Shown here one piece after another: positions 17,718-26,905 of a DNA stretch of 58,644 nt. Source of the DNA: a virus. Taxonomy: Duplodnaviria > Caudoviricetes. The DNA lies in the IMG/VR virus record IMGVR_UViG_3300044714_000125, positions 1 through 58,644 of that record. One strand, given 5' to 3'. A program made the position numbers and the translations under genes. Numbering within the stretch: position 1 is the stretch's first letter; each line of letters starts with the position of its first letter. The notes under the pieces are model-generated. The model searched no databases and had not been told where the DNA came from. It saw only the letters and a program-made list of their open reading frames with translations.

Positions 17718-18565
17718 TGAAAATCAGCAGCGTTTCGCAATTAGGTCTTCGAATGGAGGATATAAGAGTGCAGGTCGATTTTATGACCTTGCTGAAAGAC
17801 GATATTGATTGGACCATCAATTGGCTCACCGATATTACCGGAGAGAAAAATAGGGTTGATGATCAACACGTGAGGGTACAGGTGGAAGACGAAACGCAAG
17901 CCAATCTCATAGAGAATATTTTTAAAGGGGATAATGTCATCGGCAGGATCAAAGAGGCAATAGGCGCGATAAATTGCGTTGATAATAAGGGGGCAAAATT
18001 CTTTTTTATTTGTGAGACAGTCTACCGAGCCGCGGAACTGATAAAGGTAAATACCGGTTTTACTGGGCGAACGATGAAGGATATCCATCCGGGTAAATAC
18101 GTATACCTGATGGGAAAAAACAAAACAGTCAAATTCACTTGCAACAAGGGGGCGATTCTTGGATTTTATTATGATGATTTGAATAAAATAGCATTTGAAT
18201 TTGGACTTGAGATACAATCCGGCGGCTATTATTTTTCTCCCAAACATCAGAAGATTTTCACCGATATAATGCAAGTGTTGATTTTCGTTGAGCTTGGGGA
18301 TATCGAGGTAAAAATGATCGAAGCCGGTCGGGATAACGGCAGGACTCGCAAGGACGGGAAGCTGTTAAATTGCTCGAATAATACTGTCTATGTTGTGGAT
18401 TCAACCTGGAATCAAATTATCATCCGGACTGAAGGTTTTGCAGTGCGAGGTCATTTCAGGTTGCAGCCCTGCGGAGTCGGGATGGCGGACCGTAAACTTA
18501 TTTGGATAAGCGCTTTCGAGAAGCATGGCTACCAACGGAGACCAAAGGGAGAAATAGTAGATTGA
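17717..18565 (+). CDS. hypothetical protein with C-terminal VRGHFR motif
   Basis: VRGHFRLQPCG...KLIWI motif common in phage proteins. Confidence 0.75.
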   Translation: MKISSVSQLGLRMEDIRVQVDFMTLLKDDIDWTINWLTDITGEKNRVDDQHVRVQVEDETQANLIENIFKGDNVIGRIKEAIGAINCVDNKGAKFFFICETVYRAAELIKVNTGFTGRTMKDIHPGKYVYLMGKNKTVKFTCNKGAILGFYYDDLNKIAFEFGLEIQSGGYYFSPKHQKIFTDIMQVLIFVELGDIEVKMIEAGRDNGRTRKDGKLLNCSNNTVYVVDSTWNQIIIRTEGFAVRGHFRLQPCGVGMADRKLIWISAFEKHGYQRRPKGEIVD

Positions 18566-18588
18566 CTTTGTCACTAAACTTTACAAAT

Positions 18589-18876
18589 ATGGCCTATCAT
18601 TACCAGCAGGAGGACTTAGAATGGATCATGGCAAACTCCAAAAGATATACGGTCCAAGAAATGGCCTTCGAGCTCGCCCTGCCGAAGAACTGCATTTACA
18701 ACATCTGCTCTCGCTACGGCTTGGAATTCAAAAGCGAGTGGGCCGCCAAGCACGAAAGGCAGTTGATTCAGGAACCGGCGCAAAGGGTATTCGATAAAGA
18801 GCCAGCCCTGTGCCTTCCTATTTCTCATAACAATGTAGTACCGGAAAGGTATCATAAATCTGGAATAACGATATAA
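18589..18876 (+). CDS. HTH-like protein
   Basis: TVQEMAFELALPKNCIYNICSRYGL; start re-called. Confidence 0.6.
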   Translation: MAYHYQQEDLEWIMANSKRYTVQEMAFELALPKNCIYNICSRYGLEFKSEWAAKHERQLIQEPAQRVFDKEPALCLPISHNNVVPERYHKSGITI

Positions 18877-19277
18877 TGCCGATAGATTATTCAAAATATC
18901 CGCCGAATTGGAAAAGCGAAATTGTCCCGGCCGTTTTGGCGCGGGCCGACAATCGGTGCGAATGCTGTGGCCTTCATAACCATACTTTTGTGTGGGCGAT
19001 AAAACTTTGTGTAAAGAGTGATGATGGCAAATACAGGCTCCGGGGTATCTGGTTCAGGGACCTGCGGGACGCCGAGCGGGAAGCGGATGGCCCGATCCGA
19101 AGGATAGAGGTCGTTCTTACGATCAGCCATACCGACCATGACGAGGGGAACCACAATGTGCAGCTAGACCGTCTGAAGGCTCTTTGTCAGATGTGTCACC
19201 TCAGATATGATGCAAAGGAGAAATACCGGCGCTTGCTCGAAAAATGGGACAATAACCGGCTAAAATTACCGCTTTGA
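18876..19277 (+). CDS. HNH-like Zn-binding nuclease family protein
   Basis: YPPNW, RCECCG, VLTISHTDHD..N, LKALCQMCHLRYD. Confidence 0.8.
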   Translation: MPIDYSKYPPNWKSEIVPAVLARADNRCECCGLHNHTFVWAIKLCVKSDDGKYRLRGIWFRDLRDAEREADGPIRRIEVVLTISHTDHDEGNHNVQLDRLKALCQMCHLRYDAKEKYRRLLEKWDNNRLKLPL

Positions 19278-19690
19278 GCGACTACCTCAAGTACCGCCAG
19301 CAGCTCAAATTAGGGATCAAACCAGCCCCACAGGCCCAGGGGAAGGCTAAGAAGGATTCTGACGGGGAAAAGGGCGGCGGGAAAGATAAGGGCGGGAAGG
19401 TGGCAAAGAAGAGCTTTAAGCCGAAGATCAAAACAGCGACCAAAAAGCGGGCAAAGCAGAACCGGGCCTATACCAAGGTCAAAAAGAAGTTTTTACAAGA
19501 TAACCCCACCTGCAGTGCCCAGTTGGAAGGCTGTACCGGCGTGAGTACTGACCTACATCATATCGGCGGTCGAACTGGGGATAATCTGCTGAAGGTAGAG
19601 GACTTCGCCGCCCTGTGCCGGAATTGTCACAACATTATCCATAGAAAAATGTCGGCAGAACAGGCAAAAAAATTGGGACTTAAGAAATAA
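19274..19690 (+). CDS. HNH endonuclease-like protein with basic N-terminus
   Basis: C..QLEGCTG...DLHHIGGR...LCRNCH. Confidence 0.75.
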   Translation: MSDYLKYRQQLKLGIKPAPQAQGKAKKDSDGEKGGGKDKGGKVAKKSFKPKIKTATKKRAKQNRAYTKVKKKFLQDNPTCSAQLEGCTGVSTDLHHIGGRTGDNLLKVEDFAALCRNCHNIIHRKMSAEQAKKLGLKK

Positions 19691-19834
19691 TTGGCTTATC
19701 TTCATTTTGCTTATCACATACGGTTTTTATGAAATTATTCACCTTCACAAGCTCGGCGCCGTCTGCACTTCCTTCCTCAAAAGATCGTTGTGATAAGCCT
19801 TTCGACGCCGGGCTTATGAAATCAAATACGAGCG

Positions 19835-20038
19835 ATGGAGAAAAATTGTATCATCCACATGCGCATTGGCAGAGGCAACTATTGGCTATCCTTTGATAGA
19901 AAGTTTGAAGAGGGCATAGCGGAAGGATTGCGGGATAATGCGACAAGGATGACGGAAGTCAAGGCGGAAGAGATTTTAACCACCTTTGAAAGCGAATGGC
20001 CGTTAAAGATCGAAAAAATCGAAAACCCAACATCATGA
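19835..20038 (+). CDS. hypothetical protein
   Basis: ORF track. Confidence 0.55.
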   Translation: MEKNCIIHMRIGRGNYWLSFDRKFEEGIAEGLRDNATRMTEVKAEEILTTFESEWPLKIEKIENPTS

Positions 20039-20135
20039 CCTACAACGACGACAACTTAAACCGGCTCCGCGAAATAATGGCTTTGATGGGCTATGGGTCA
20101 ACAAATAGTGTTTCGGTACTTTTAAACGCCAAACC

Positions 20136-20591
20136 ATGATACCTAATTTGAACGAGGAAGAAAAAGAGTGGTGGGACGACGAGATGGACCGTTACAACCG
20201 GCGCCTCGCCCGGGCGAGACTTGCCGGCCCGTTAAAGTTCGGGTTCCTGTTCATCGCCTTGGTATTTTTCTGTTTTGTACTGGCGAGTAAATGCCATGCC
20301 CAGAGCAGGGTGGTAGGGGTGCCGGATTCGGCGAAGCCTTGTACGCGATGCTGGCCGAAGATACATTACGAACCAGTGGATTCAATACTGGCAGGGAGGA
20401 TAGATAGTTTGAGGGAAGAAATTGAAAACCTGAAAAGGATTTGGTATTTGCCGTCTGTATATATAACGGTTGATACGGCAGGACATTCGGAAACCCATCA
20501 ATTCCCGTCACTACAGCAAATGTACGCCCGCATCGACTCCCTTTCCACCAGGATAAGGGTATTGGAAGAGAAATTAAATGTGAAGAAATGA
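20136..20591 (+). CDS. exported or membrane-anchored coiled-coil protein
   Basis: hydrophobic segment then CHA-Q cleavage-like site; five D(S/T)(A/I/L) sequons. Confidence 0.7.
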   Translation: MIPNLNEEEKEWWDDEMDRYNRRLARARLAGPLKFGFLFIALVFFCFVLASKCHAQSRVVGVPDSAKPCTRCWPKIHYEPVDSILAGRIDSLREEIENLKRIWYLPSVYITVDTAGHSETHQFPSLQQMYARIDSLSTRIRVLEEKLNVKK

Positions 20592-20902
20592 GAACAGACA
20601 CGCAACTACTCGACGAACTTGACAAATGGAAGGATGAATATGATTTCAATTTTCAGGTATGGCACTCTGGCTGCGTCAATTGCTTTATCACAAAGGGCGA
20701 TATCCATATAGCAACATTCGCTCAAAACGATACTTTCCGTGAAGGTTTGGAAAAATGTATTGAGTGGGTCAACCTTGAGAACCCAAGCGGAATTGTCCAT
20801 TCTGAGAGGGAGGTATACAGATGCATGTCCTGCGGCTGCCGGATAGCGAAAGGAGACGATCTCTGCGGCGAATGTGCCTATGAGGACGACATGGATATTT
20901 GA
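20588..20902 (+). CDS. hypothetical protein with C-terminal Zn finger
   Basis: CMSCG...CGEC. Confidence 0.7.
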   Translation: MRTDTQLLDELDKWKDEYDFNFQVWHSGCVNCFITKGDIHIATFAQNDTFREGLEKCIEWVNLENPSGIVHSEREVYRCMSCGCRIAKGDDLCGECAYEDDMDI

Positions 20903-20939
20903 TTATTGGAACACAAACTTGATAATAAAAAATAGAGTT

Positions 20940-22181
20940 ATGAGCAAGATAGAAGATTTCAAAAAAGAACAGTGGGGCCACGCCAAGATGGCAGAATCGC
21001 TTTTACAGTGTCAAAATCTGCCCCCTTATCATGATCCCAGCCGAGATAAGTATGGCGTGGAACTTGGTAGCAAATGGCATGATAACGGGCAAGATATGGG
21101 ATTCCTTACCGCCTATCAAGGCTTTTATGGCAGTTCCAGTTGTTCGGCCTATGACAGCGAAAGGAGGCAATTATCACTTATTAGGGACAAGATTTATTGG
21201 CCGCTCAGCTACAGGGTGCTCTTTCAAAAAAACATTCGCGGCGCTATCGCTAAGATCGACTATATCATTATGGATTCTGTTTGGGATATAATACCCGCTA
21301 GGCAAAATTCTATAACAAAAGATAGATTTTTCTATTGTATGTTTGACTATATCTCTAAAATAGAGTTCTCCATAAATATATACCGCCTTCGTGCCATTAT
21401 ATATAGGCTGTATCTCTTCCTGAGTATGAGGGACCGCAATCTCAATATCTGTGGTTTCTCCGGGGGTCAAAACCTTATTTACTTCTATCAAAATTCGTGG
21501 CGAGTATATAAAATCAGTAAACACACCAACTGTGTTTTTTACTTTCCCGTCGCAAATTTCGGAATATATGTATGCAGGCACCTTGCCATAATTTTGAAAT
21601 CGAATCGTGATTTGCTGTATAAACATCTTATCAATCTTCGATGTAATCAATTCTTTTACAAGGACATATGGTCTATTTTCCGTTTGGAATTCGTCTATTT
21701 GCGCTGTAAGAGCTTCTTTAGCCAATTGGTAGTTAGTTTCTCCCGTATGCTCCCACTCAATCAATGCATTTGCAGCAGCAGAAGCCGCATCGGCAGATTT
21801 GGTCGCACGATCAAGAAAAGCCCTATTTACAGCACTAGAAGAATCAATGTTCCGTTCTGTCAAGTCAACGTTTCTTTTGGTTTGATAACAGATAATAGCA
21901 GTAGCGAAAAGAATTGCTACCTGAACAATGCCAGCTCCAAGAGATATGTAGTTTGCTCTAACTTGTGGATTTTTTGTCTTTGTGAAAATCAAATTCCATT
22001 TTGGACCCTGCTGGGGTTGGTCGGTTCTTTCTTGCTCGGGGGGTGGGGAACTGTCATGTTGGGGGATAGTCTCTTCTCCTTCTACGCGAGAAGAAGCGTT
22101 CTCAGAAGGGTTCTCTGCGGGTTGCTCGGGATCGGTGGTTTGATTGTCTGCCATTATGTAGTAAATAGACTATTAAAGTAA
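20940..22181 (+). CDS. phage hypothetical gene, probably truncated, reading through antisense to 21174..22154
   Basis: first ~78 aa look protein-like; remainder has antisense-like composition. Confidence 0.3.
   Translation: MSKIEDFKKEQWGHAKMAESLLQCQNLPPYHDPSRDKYGVELGSKWHDNGQDMGFLTAYQGFYGSSSCSAYDSERRQLSLIRDKIYWPLSYRVLFQKNIRGAIAKIDYIIMDSVWDIIPARQNSITKDRFFYCMFDYISKIEFSINIYRLRAIIYRLYLFLSMRDRNLNICGFSGGQNLIYFYQNSWRVYKISKHTNCVFYFPVANFGIYVCRHLAIILKSNRDLLYKHLINLRCNQFFYKDIWSIFRLEFVYLRCKSFFSQLVVSFSRMLPLNQCICSSRSRIGRFGRTIKKSPIYSTRRINVPFCQVNVSFGLITDNSSSEKNCYLNNASSKRYVVCSNLWIFCLCENQIPFWTLLGLVGSFLLGGWGTVMLGDSLFSFYARRSVLRRVLCGLLGIGGLIVCHYVVNRLLK
21174..22154 (-). CDS. single-TM membrane protein (moron-like insertion)
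   Basis: disordered N-terminus, TM ISLGAGIVQVAILFATAIICY, helical linker, beta-rich domain (RPYV...I.FQNYGKVPA...G.LYFRD); opposite strand, AT-rich. Confidence 0.75.
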   Translation of the reverse strand: MADNQTTDPEQPAENPSENASSRVEGEETIPQHDSSPPPEQERTDQPQQGPKWNLIFTKTKNPQVRANYISLGAGIVQVAILFATAIICYQTKRNVDLTERNIDSSSAVNRAFLDRATKSADAASAAANALIEWEHTGETNYQLAKEALTAQIDEFQTENRPYVLVKELITSKIDKMFIQQITIRFQNYGKVPAYIYSEICDGKVKNTVGVFTDFIYSPRILIEVNKVLTPGETTDIEIAVPHTQEEIQPIYNGTKAVYIYGELYFRDIVKHTIEKSIFCYRILPSGYYIPNRIHNDIVDLSDSAANVFLKEHPVAERPINLVPNK

Positions 22182-22260
22182 TAATATGCGATCGGGGCGG
22201 CGATTGGATAAAATATAAAGGCAGTAAAGGCGAATACAAAAATCCTAAAAATTAATACGC

Positions 22261-22452
22261 ATGACCACTAATACACCCGATCCATCGATACCGCCGGATA
22301 AGCATGGGAAGCCACAGCATTATTATAAAGTGACGCGGGTAGTCCGGGAGGTTTATCAGGTAATCGCCAGAGACAAGGATGAGGCGCGGCTAATGATCCA
22401 GAACCCCAACGAGGTAACTGTTATCAAAGAAACGATTACAAAAAGCAAATAA
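22261..22452 (+). CDS. hypothetical protein
   Basis: ORF track. Confidence 0.6.
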   Translation: MTTNTPDPSIPPDKHGKPQHYYKVTRVVREVYQVIARDKDEARLMIQNPNEVTVIKETITKSK

Positions 22453-22462
22453 AACTCATTCC

Positions 22463-22741
22463 ATGACCAGCACATCATTGATACCGCCGTTAGAGATGGA
22501 GAGAATAGAGAAGGAGGCTGAAGCTGAGATGATAAAAATTTTTATTAATTCGCCGGCATTTTCAAGCGATGCGATATCGTGGAAACTTGGTTATATTGCT
22601 GGGCGCAAAGAAGAGCGCGACACGGCGATAAGATTTGCAATGTACATCTTCAAATACCCGTATGAGGGCCTCACCTATGACGAACTTTGGGAATCGTTCT
22701 GCAAAAATCCTGGCGTTTGGGGTAAACAATCTAAAATTTAA
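22463..22741 (+). CDS. hypothetical protein
   Basis: ORF track. Confidence 0.6.
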   Translation: MTSTSLIPPLEMERIEKEAEAEMIKIFINSPAFSSDAISWKLGYIAGRKEERDTAIRFAMYIFKYPYEGLTYDELWESFCKNPGVWGKQSKI

Positions 22742-22746
22742 AATAT

Positions 22747-23217
22747 ATGCCCAAAAAGAGTCTTTCGGAATCCGTTTTGCATGATTGGGTACACGAGTTA
22801 CCCTTCCAGCAACAGGCACTCTTGATGACTGCAATGCGAGGTCCTGATGGATCGGCAAAGCACAATCACGCAAAGGTTATTGTCCGGTTCCTGCGCGGCG
22901 CTATCTGCAAACCAGCAGGCAATTGGAGCGGTTATAATGATAATGATTTCATGTGGGGCGACTACACGGTATTCAAGCATTGCGATAAGGCTTTTTGGGA
23001 TGACCATGACGAATACGCACATCATTTCATCATGCATCTTGTCCATTCCGCACAGGTCATTGCATACAAGCACCCTGTTAATGAAGTTGCCTATTGCTGG
23101 CTAACATTTTATTCCCATGCCTGCGAGGCATTCCATATGCGACATGAAACAAAAAGCCAAATGGATGCCAGGCTAAGTGATTTTGGTGTCGGTGTTCATA
23201 ATATTCAGGCAATCTAA
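22747..23217 (+). CDS. conserved His-rich phage protein
   Basis: SVL.DWV..L...QQ..L.TA.RGPDG...HHF.MHL.H...YKHP. Confidence 0.75.
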   Translation: MPKKSLSESVLHDWVHELPFQQQALLMTAMRGPDGSAKHNHAKVIVRFLRGAICKPAGNWSGYNDNDFMWGDYTVFKHCDKAFWDDHDEYAHHFIMHLVHSAQVIAYKHPVNEVAYCWLTFYSHACEAFHMRHETKSQMDARLSDFGVGVHNIQAI

Positions 23218-23229
23218 AACCACCACACC

Positions 23230-23529
23230 ATGACACCACCCGAGCAGATAGAGGGGAAGAAAGAACAGCAATGGGAGTTCCTGAATGACCCAAGTAAGCA
23301 TTATTTTGTTAGCTTTACTGTTATTGGCGGCAGGACGCAAGAGGGTCACTATTATTGGGTTCCATCGCATGCGGTTATCAATTGCCATCCGTTTGACTTT
23401 ATCAAAAGACAGCGTCGCAGCATCACGAATGATTCGATATTATTAAGCTGGCAAGAAATAACCGAAGATGAATATTTCCTATTCGCGGCAACTTTCAATT
23501 ACCCAATTTATAAATCTCAACCTCAATGA
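23230..23529 (+). CDS. hypothetical protein
   Basis: ORF track; ATGA coupling. Confidence 0.65.
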   Translation: MTPPEQIEGKKEQQWEFLNDPSKHYFVSFTVIGGRTQEGHYYWVPSHAVINCHPFDFIKRQRRSITNDSILLSWQEITEDEYFLFAATFNYPIYKSQPQ

Positions 23530-24077
23530 CTAACGATACAACAAGCAGCACTCCATCTAAGGAGGACATTCCGATCAAAATAATTGCGGTTGTAAAGTTC
23601 AACGATGGGGAAGCGTTTGTTTTGGATCACGCACCAGAGTTGAAGTACAATATGGTCGCCCGGTCAATAGTAGGAAAGGCGCTGCCATTTTGCAGATGTT
23701 ATTTTTACGAAGCGCCCGGGTATAAGTCTTACGCATTCGCCGGGGCAAAGTTTGATATTACCCTTGAGGATGGGACCGTTGTTCATTGCTTTGGTCAATA
23801 TTGGGATGGCTGGACAAAGGCTGCGCTTCAGGATATTGGCGGATCGGTTGAACGGGTAACGATCAGTACAAATGACGAATTGAAAAAATGCTACGTCTAT
23901 TATGGCATGTATGGAATCCCGGCAGGCATCAAAGAATTGAGAACCGCATATAAAGGCCCCGTCTTTGATTATTGGGATTACGAAAAAATTCTTCATGGTA
24001 AAATGTCCCTTCATGGGCTGCGAAAATATAAGATTCATCCATCCAAACGCCTTCACAATCTAAATCATTCACTATGA
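23526..24077 (+). CDS. hypothetical protein
   Basis: AFAG.KF.I.L.DG....C.GQYWD motif; coupled. Confidence 0.7.
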   Translation: MTNDTTSSTPSKEDIPIKIIAVVKFNDGEAFVLDHAPELKYNMVARSIVGKALPFCRCYFYEAPGYKSYAFAGAKFDITLEDGTVVHCFGQYWDGWTKAALQDIGGSVERVTISTNDELKKCYVYYGMYGIPAGIKELRTAYKGPVFDYWDYEKILHGKMSLHGLRKYKIHPSKRLHNLNHSL

Positions 24078-25057
24078 GCACTCCATCTACACTAGAGATA
24101 CGGATACCGGAAGATATAGCGGCTTACATCAAATCAATTTCCAGCGGTTATGGCGGCGATTGTTACATCATCGCTGCTTGCGAAAAACTTTATCGCCGTC
24201 TATCGGCCCATCCAGCTAAGGGGTTAAGATGGATTTCCGTAGCCGATAGAAAGCCGGATATTATTGAGGGCATGGATTATTCCAAAAATGTGCTCGTGAT
24301 CTGCGAGGACAAATTGGAGGTAATGCGCTATTGCTGGGTTAACGGCGGCGATGAAGAAAATTCCGGATTTATATGGGCTAACTGTTATGGCGACATACAC
24401 GCCGAGGGCGAATTCGATGACGAATATCACCCTGCCTATTGGATGCCGCTCCCGGAAATCCCCGCCGCATCCCCCTTAGAGGCTCCCTTCAAAGAAGAGA
24501 CGCCTTTTCCAGATCATGTTCACGTGGCTTTGCCGAGCGGCGGAGTGGCTAATGTTTCGCCGGATGCTTCCCCGGAACTTCTTGACGCGCTTGACAAAAT
24601 GGTCGAATTGGCAAAAGAGACGCCCGATTCTCCCTCCATGTTAGGGGAGAAGGAGGCTGCCAAGTTTGAAAATGTTACAAGCATTTATCCTGCTGGCGTA
24701 AATATTACCAGCGGCGAATATTATCCTCCCGCCGATCTTATGAAGTGGATTAAAGATAATGCAAAGGATTTTTGCCGGCTTCCGGAGACAAAGCCGGACA
24801 TCGTAATCACGAGTAATAAACATTCGCTTGCGGGACTTTTTGCTTGGCACGATGGGGCTAAAGCGATGTATAACAAATTACTCACTGAAAAATACGGAGA
24901 CTTACTTTCCGCCGCCAACGCCAAAATAGCATCCCTGGAAAAGGAAAGGGATGATTACCAGAAGGCCCTGGAGGAATACGCGGGGACGAAAATGGAAGGT
25001 ATTGCAAAGCGGGTGCTGGCTAAATATCCTCCGAATAACCAAAAAATAGCAAAGTAA
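24074..25057 (+). CDS. DUF551-domain mosaic protein
   Basis: WISVADRKP...YWMPLPE.P. Confidence 0.75.
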   Translation: MSTPSTLEIRIPEDIAAYIKSISSGYGGDCYIIAACEKLYRRLSAHPAKGLRWISVADRKPDIIEGMDYSKNVLVICEDKLEVMRYCWVNGGDEENSGFIWANCYGDIHAEGEFDDEYHPAYWMPLPEIPAASPLEAPFKEETPFPDHVHVALPSGGVANVSPDASPELLDALDKMVELAKETPDSPSMLGEKEAAKFENVTSIYPAGVNITSGEYYPPADLMKWIKDNAKDFCRLPETKPDIVITSNKHSLAGLFAWHDGAKAMYNKLLTEKYGDLLSAANAKIASLEKERDDYQKALEEYAGTKMEGIAKRVLAKYPPNNQKIAK

Positions 25058-25087
25058 ACCGGTCAAAACCTCGTAAATTACAGTCTC

Positions 25088-25612
25088 ATGTTTCATAAAC
25101 TCATCGCAGAACTAAAACGCCTGGAGCACCATTTGAAGGAAGACTTCGAAGAACTGGAAATCGAGCTCGGTCAGATATTCAGGCGAAAGATGCGCCCGGT
25201 ATTGGTTTTCAATATTTTCGAAAATAATAAAAATTACAATTTTATGGCAGTAGTAACAAATTTAACGCTCACCTCGACGGCGCCGGTCCAGCTTTTCATG
25301 ACGGTTTTGGACTCCGCAAACGGAAACACGCCCATCGCGGGCGTTCTCTCGGGCCTGGCATATGCCCCAACGGACCCGACCCAGGATATTGCGGTCGTAG
25401 ATCCTACGACGCCCACGGATGTCGACATCCACGCCGTGACGCCCACCGGAGGCACCATTGTAGTGGCCAATGGTAACTTCGTGAGCACGCTGCAGAAAGC
25501 TGATGGAAGCGGCCCCGTCTTCAGCGGTGCCCTGCCCCCTGCGAGCCTGACGGTCGTGAACAACGTCGTGGTAGCTGTGACTATGGTGCCGGTCCTGGCC
25601 TTCAATCAATAG
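25088..25612 (+). CDS. beta-rich (Ig-like?) protein; second in-frame start at 25244
   Basis: Val/Thr-rich C-terminal 122 aa; own promoter-like box and terminator. Confidence 0.7.
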   Translation: MFHKLIAELKRLEHHLKEDFEELEIELGQIFRRKMRPVLVFNIFENNKNYNFMAVVTNLTLTSTAPVQLFMTVLDSANGNTPIAGVLSGLAYAPTDPTQDIAVVDPTTPTDVDIHAVTPTGGTIVVANGNFVSTLQKADGSGPVFSGALPPASLTVVNNVVVAVTMVPVLAFNQ

Positions 25613-25636
25613 GCAAAAACATCATGCGCGCGCAAG

Positions 25637-25664
25637 AGCCCGGTCTAAAAAGCCGGGTTTTTTT
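25637..25664 (+). terminator. intrinsic terminator
   Basis: AGCCCGGT / GCCGGGTT stem plus T run. Confidence 0.75.
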
Positions 25665-25699
25665 ATTGAAAGTCACAAAAGTTGCCTAAATTCGACACA

Positions 25700-26899
25700 A
25701 TGGTGAAACTATCCTCCATAAAGCCGAACCCCAACAATCCCCGCTTGATCAAAGATGATCGGTTCGTGAAACTGGTAAAATCGATACAGGAGTTTCCTAA
25801 AATGATGGAATTGAGGCCAATGGTCATAGACAAGACCAGGATCATCATCGGAGGAAACATGAGGCTCAAGGCGCTGCGGGAGCTCGGCTATAAGGAAATA
25901 CCGAACGAATGGATCAAAAAGGCCGAAGACCTTACCGAGGAAGAGAGGCGCCGATTCATCATCGCCGATAATGTTTCCTTCGGAGAAAATGACTGGGAGG
26001 CCCTCGGCGCCGATTGGGATATCAAGGAATTGGAAGAGTGGGGGCTCGACATCAACGGGTTCGCCAAGCCCGACGAATCCCTGGAGGAAGATGATTTTGA
26101 GAACAACGAGGAAATTGAGACCGATATCGTGCAGGGGGATTTGTTTGAGATAGGACCGCACCGGTTGCTATGCGGGGATAGTACCCAGATAATAGATATC
26201 GAAAATGTCACATGTGGGCAAATACCAGAGTTAGTATTTGCTGATCCGCCTTACGGTGTGGATATTGTTCAGGGCTCAAGCGTTGGTGGGGGCGGCCCCA
26301 CCAAATTCGGAGGGAAGATTGGGAAAACGGTAAAGAGTACAAAAGGATTTAATCGGGTTATAGGCGATAAAACAACGGATGCGGCGAAAAGATTCTATAA
26401 TGCATGCAAAAAATTAGCTTTCAATAATTTGATTATATGGGGCGGCAATTATTTTACCGACTTTCTTCCGCCTTCAATGTGCTGGATTGTTTGGTACAAA
26501 AAGAATACTGGCAATTTTGCTGACTTCGAAATGGCATGGACCTCTTTCAATCAGGCCGCAAAACTCTATGAATATCTTTGGAATGGTTTAAGCCGCGAAG
26601 GTGAACGTAGGCTGGAGCTAAAACGTCGGGCGCATCCTACGCAGAAAGCCGTCGGGGTTTGCGGGATGATATTCAATGATTTTCAATTTGAGCTATGCTT
26701 CGATGGTTTTGGTGGATCCGGCACTACAATGGTGGCTTGTCATGAAATGAAAAGACGTTGCGCAATGATCGAGATAGACCCTAAATATTGCCAAATCATC
26801 GTCGATCGCATGAGAAACCTCGATCCTTCGATAATTATCAAGAAAAATGGCGTATTTTTAGAAAATGCAGGGAAAAATCCCGATCAAGCAGGTAAATAG
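25700..26899 (+). CDS. ParB-N-terminal domain / DNA N4-N6 methyltransferase fusion
   Basis: IKPNPNNPR...GGNMRL..IADN; HRLLCGDS, DPPYG, HPTQK, DGFGGSGTT. Confidence 0.9.
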   Translation: MVKLSSIKPNPNNPRLIKDDRFVKLVKSIQEFPKMMELRPMVIDKTRIIIGGNMRLKALRELGYKEIPNEWIKKAEDLTEEERRRFIIADNVSFGENDWEALGADWDIKELEEWGLDINGFAKPDESLEEDDFENNEEIETDIVQGDLFEIGPHRLLCGDSTQIIDIENVTCGQIPELVFADPPYGVDIVQGSSVGGGGPTKFGGKIGKTVKSTKGFNRVIGDKTTDAAKRFYNACKKLAFNNLIIWGGNYFTDFLPPSMCWIVWYKKNTGNFADFEMAWTSFNQAAKLYEYLWNGLSREGERRLELKRRAHPTQKAVGVCGMIFNDFQFELCFDGFGGSGTTMVACHEMKRRCAMIEIDPKYCQIIVDRMRNLDPSIIIKKNGVFLENAGKNPDQAGK

Positions 26900-26905
26900 C
26901 AGGTA

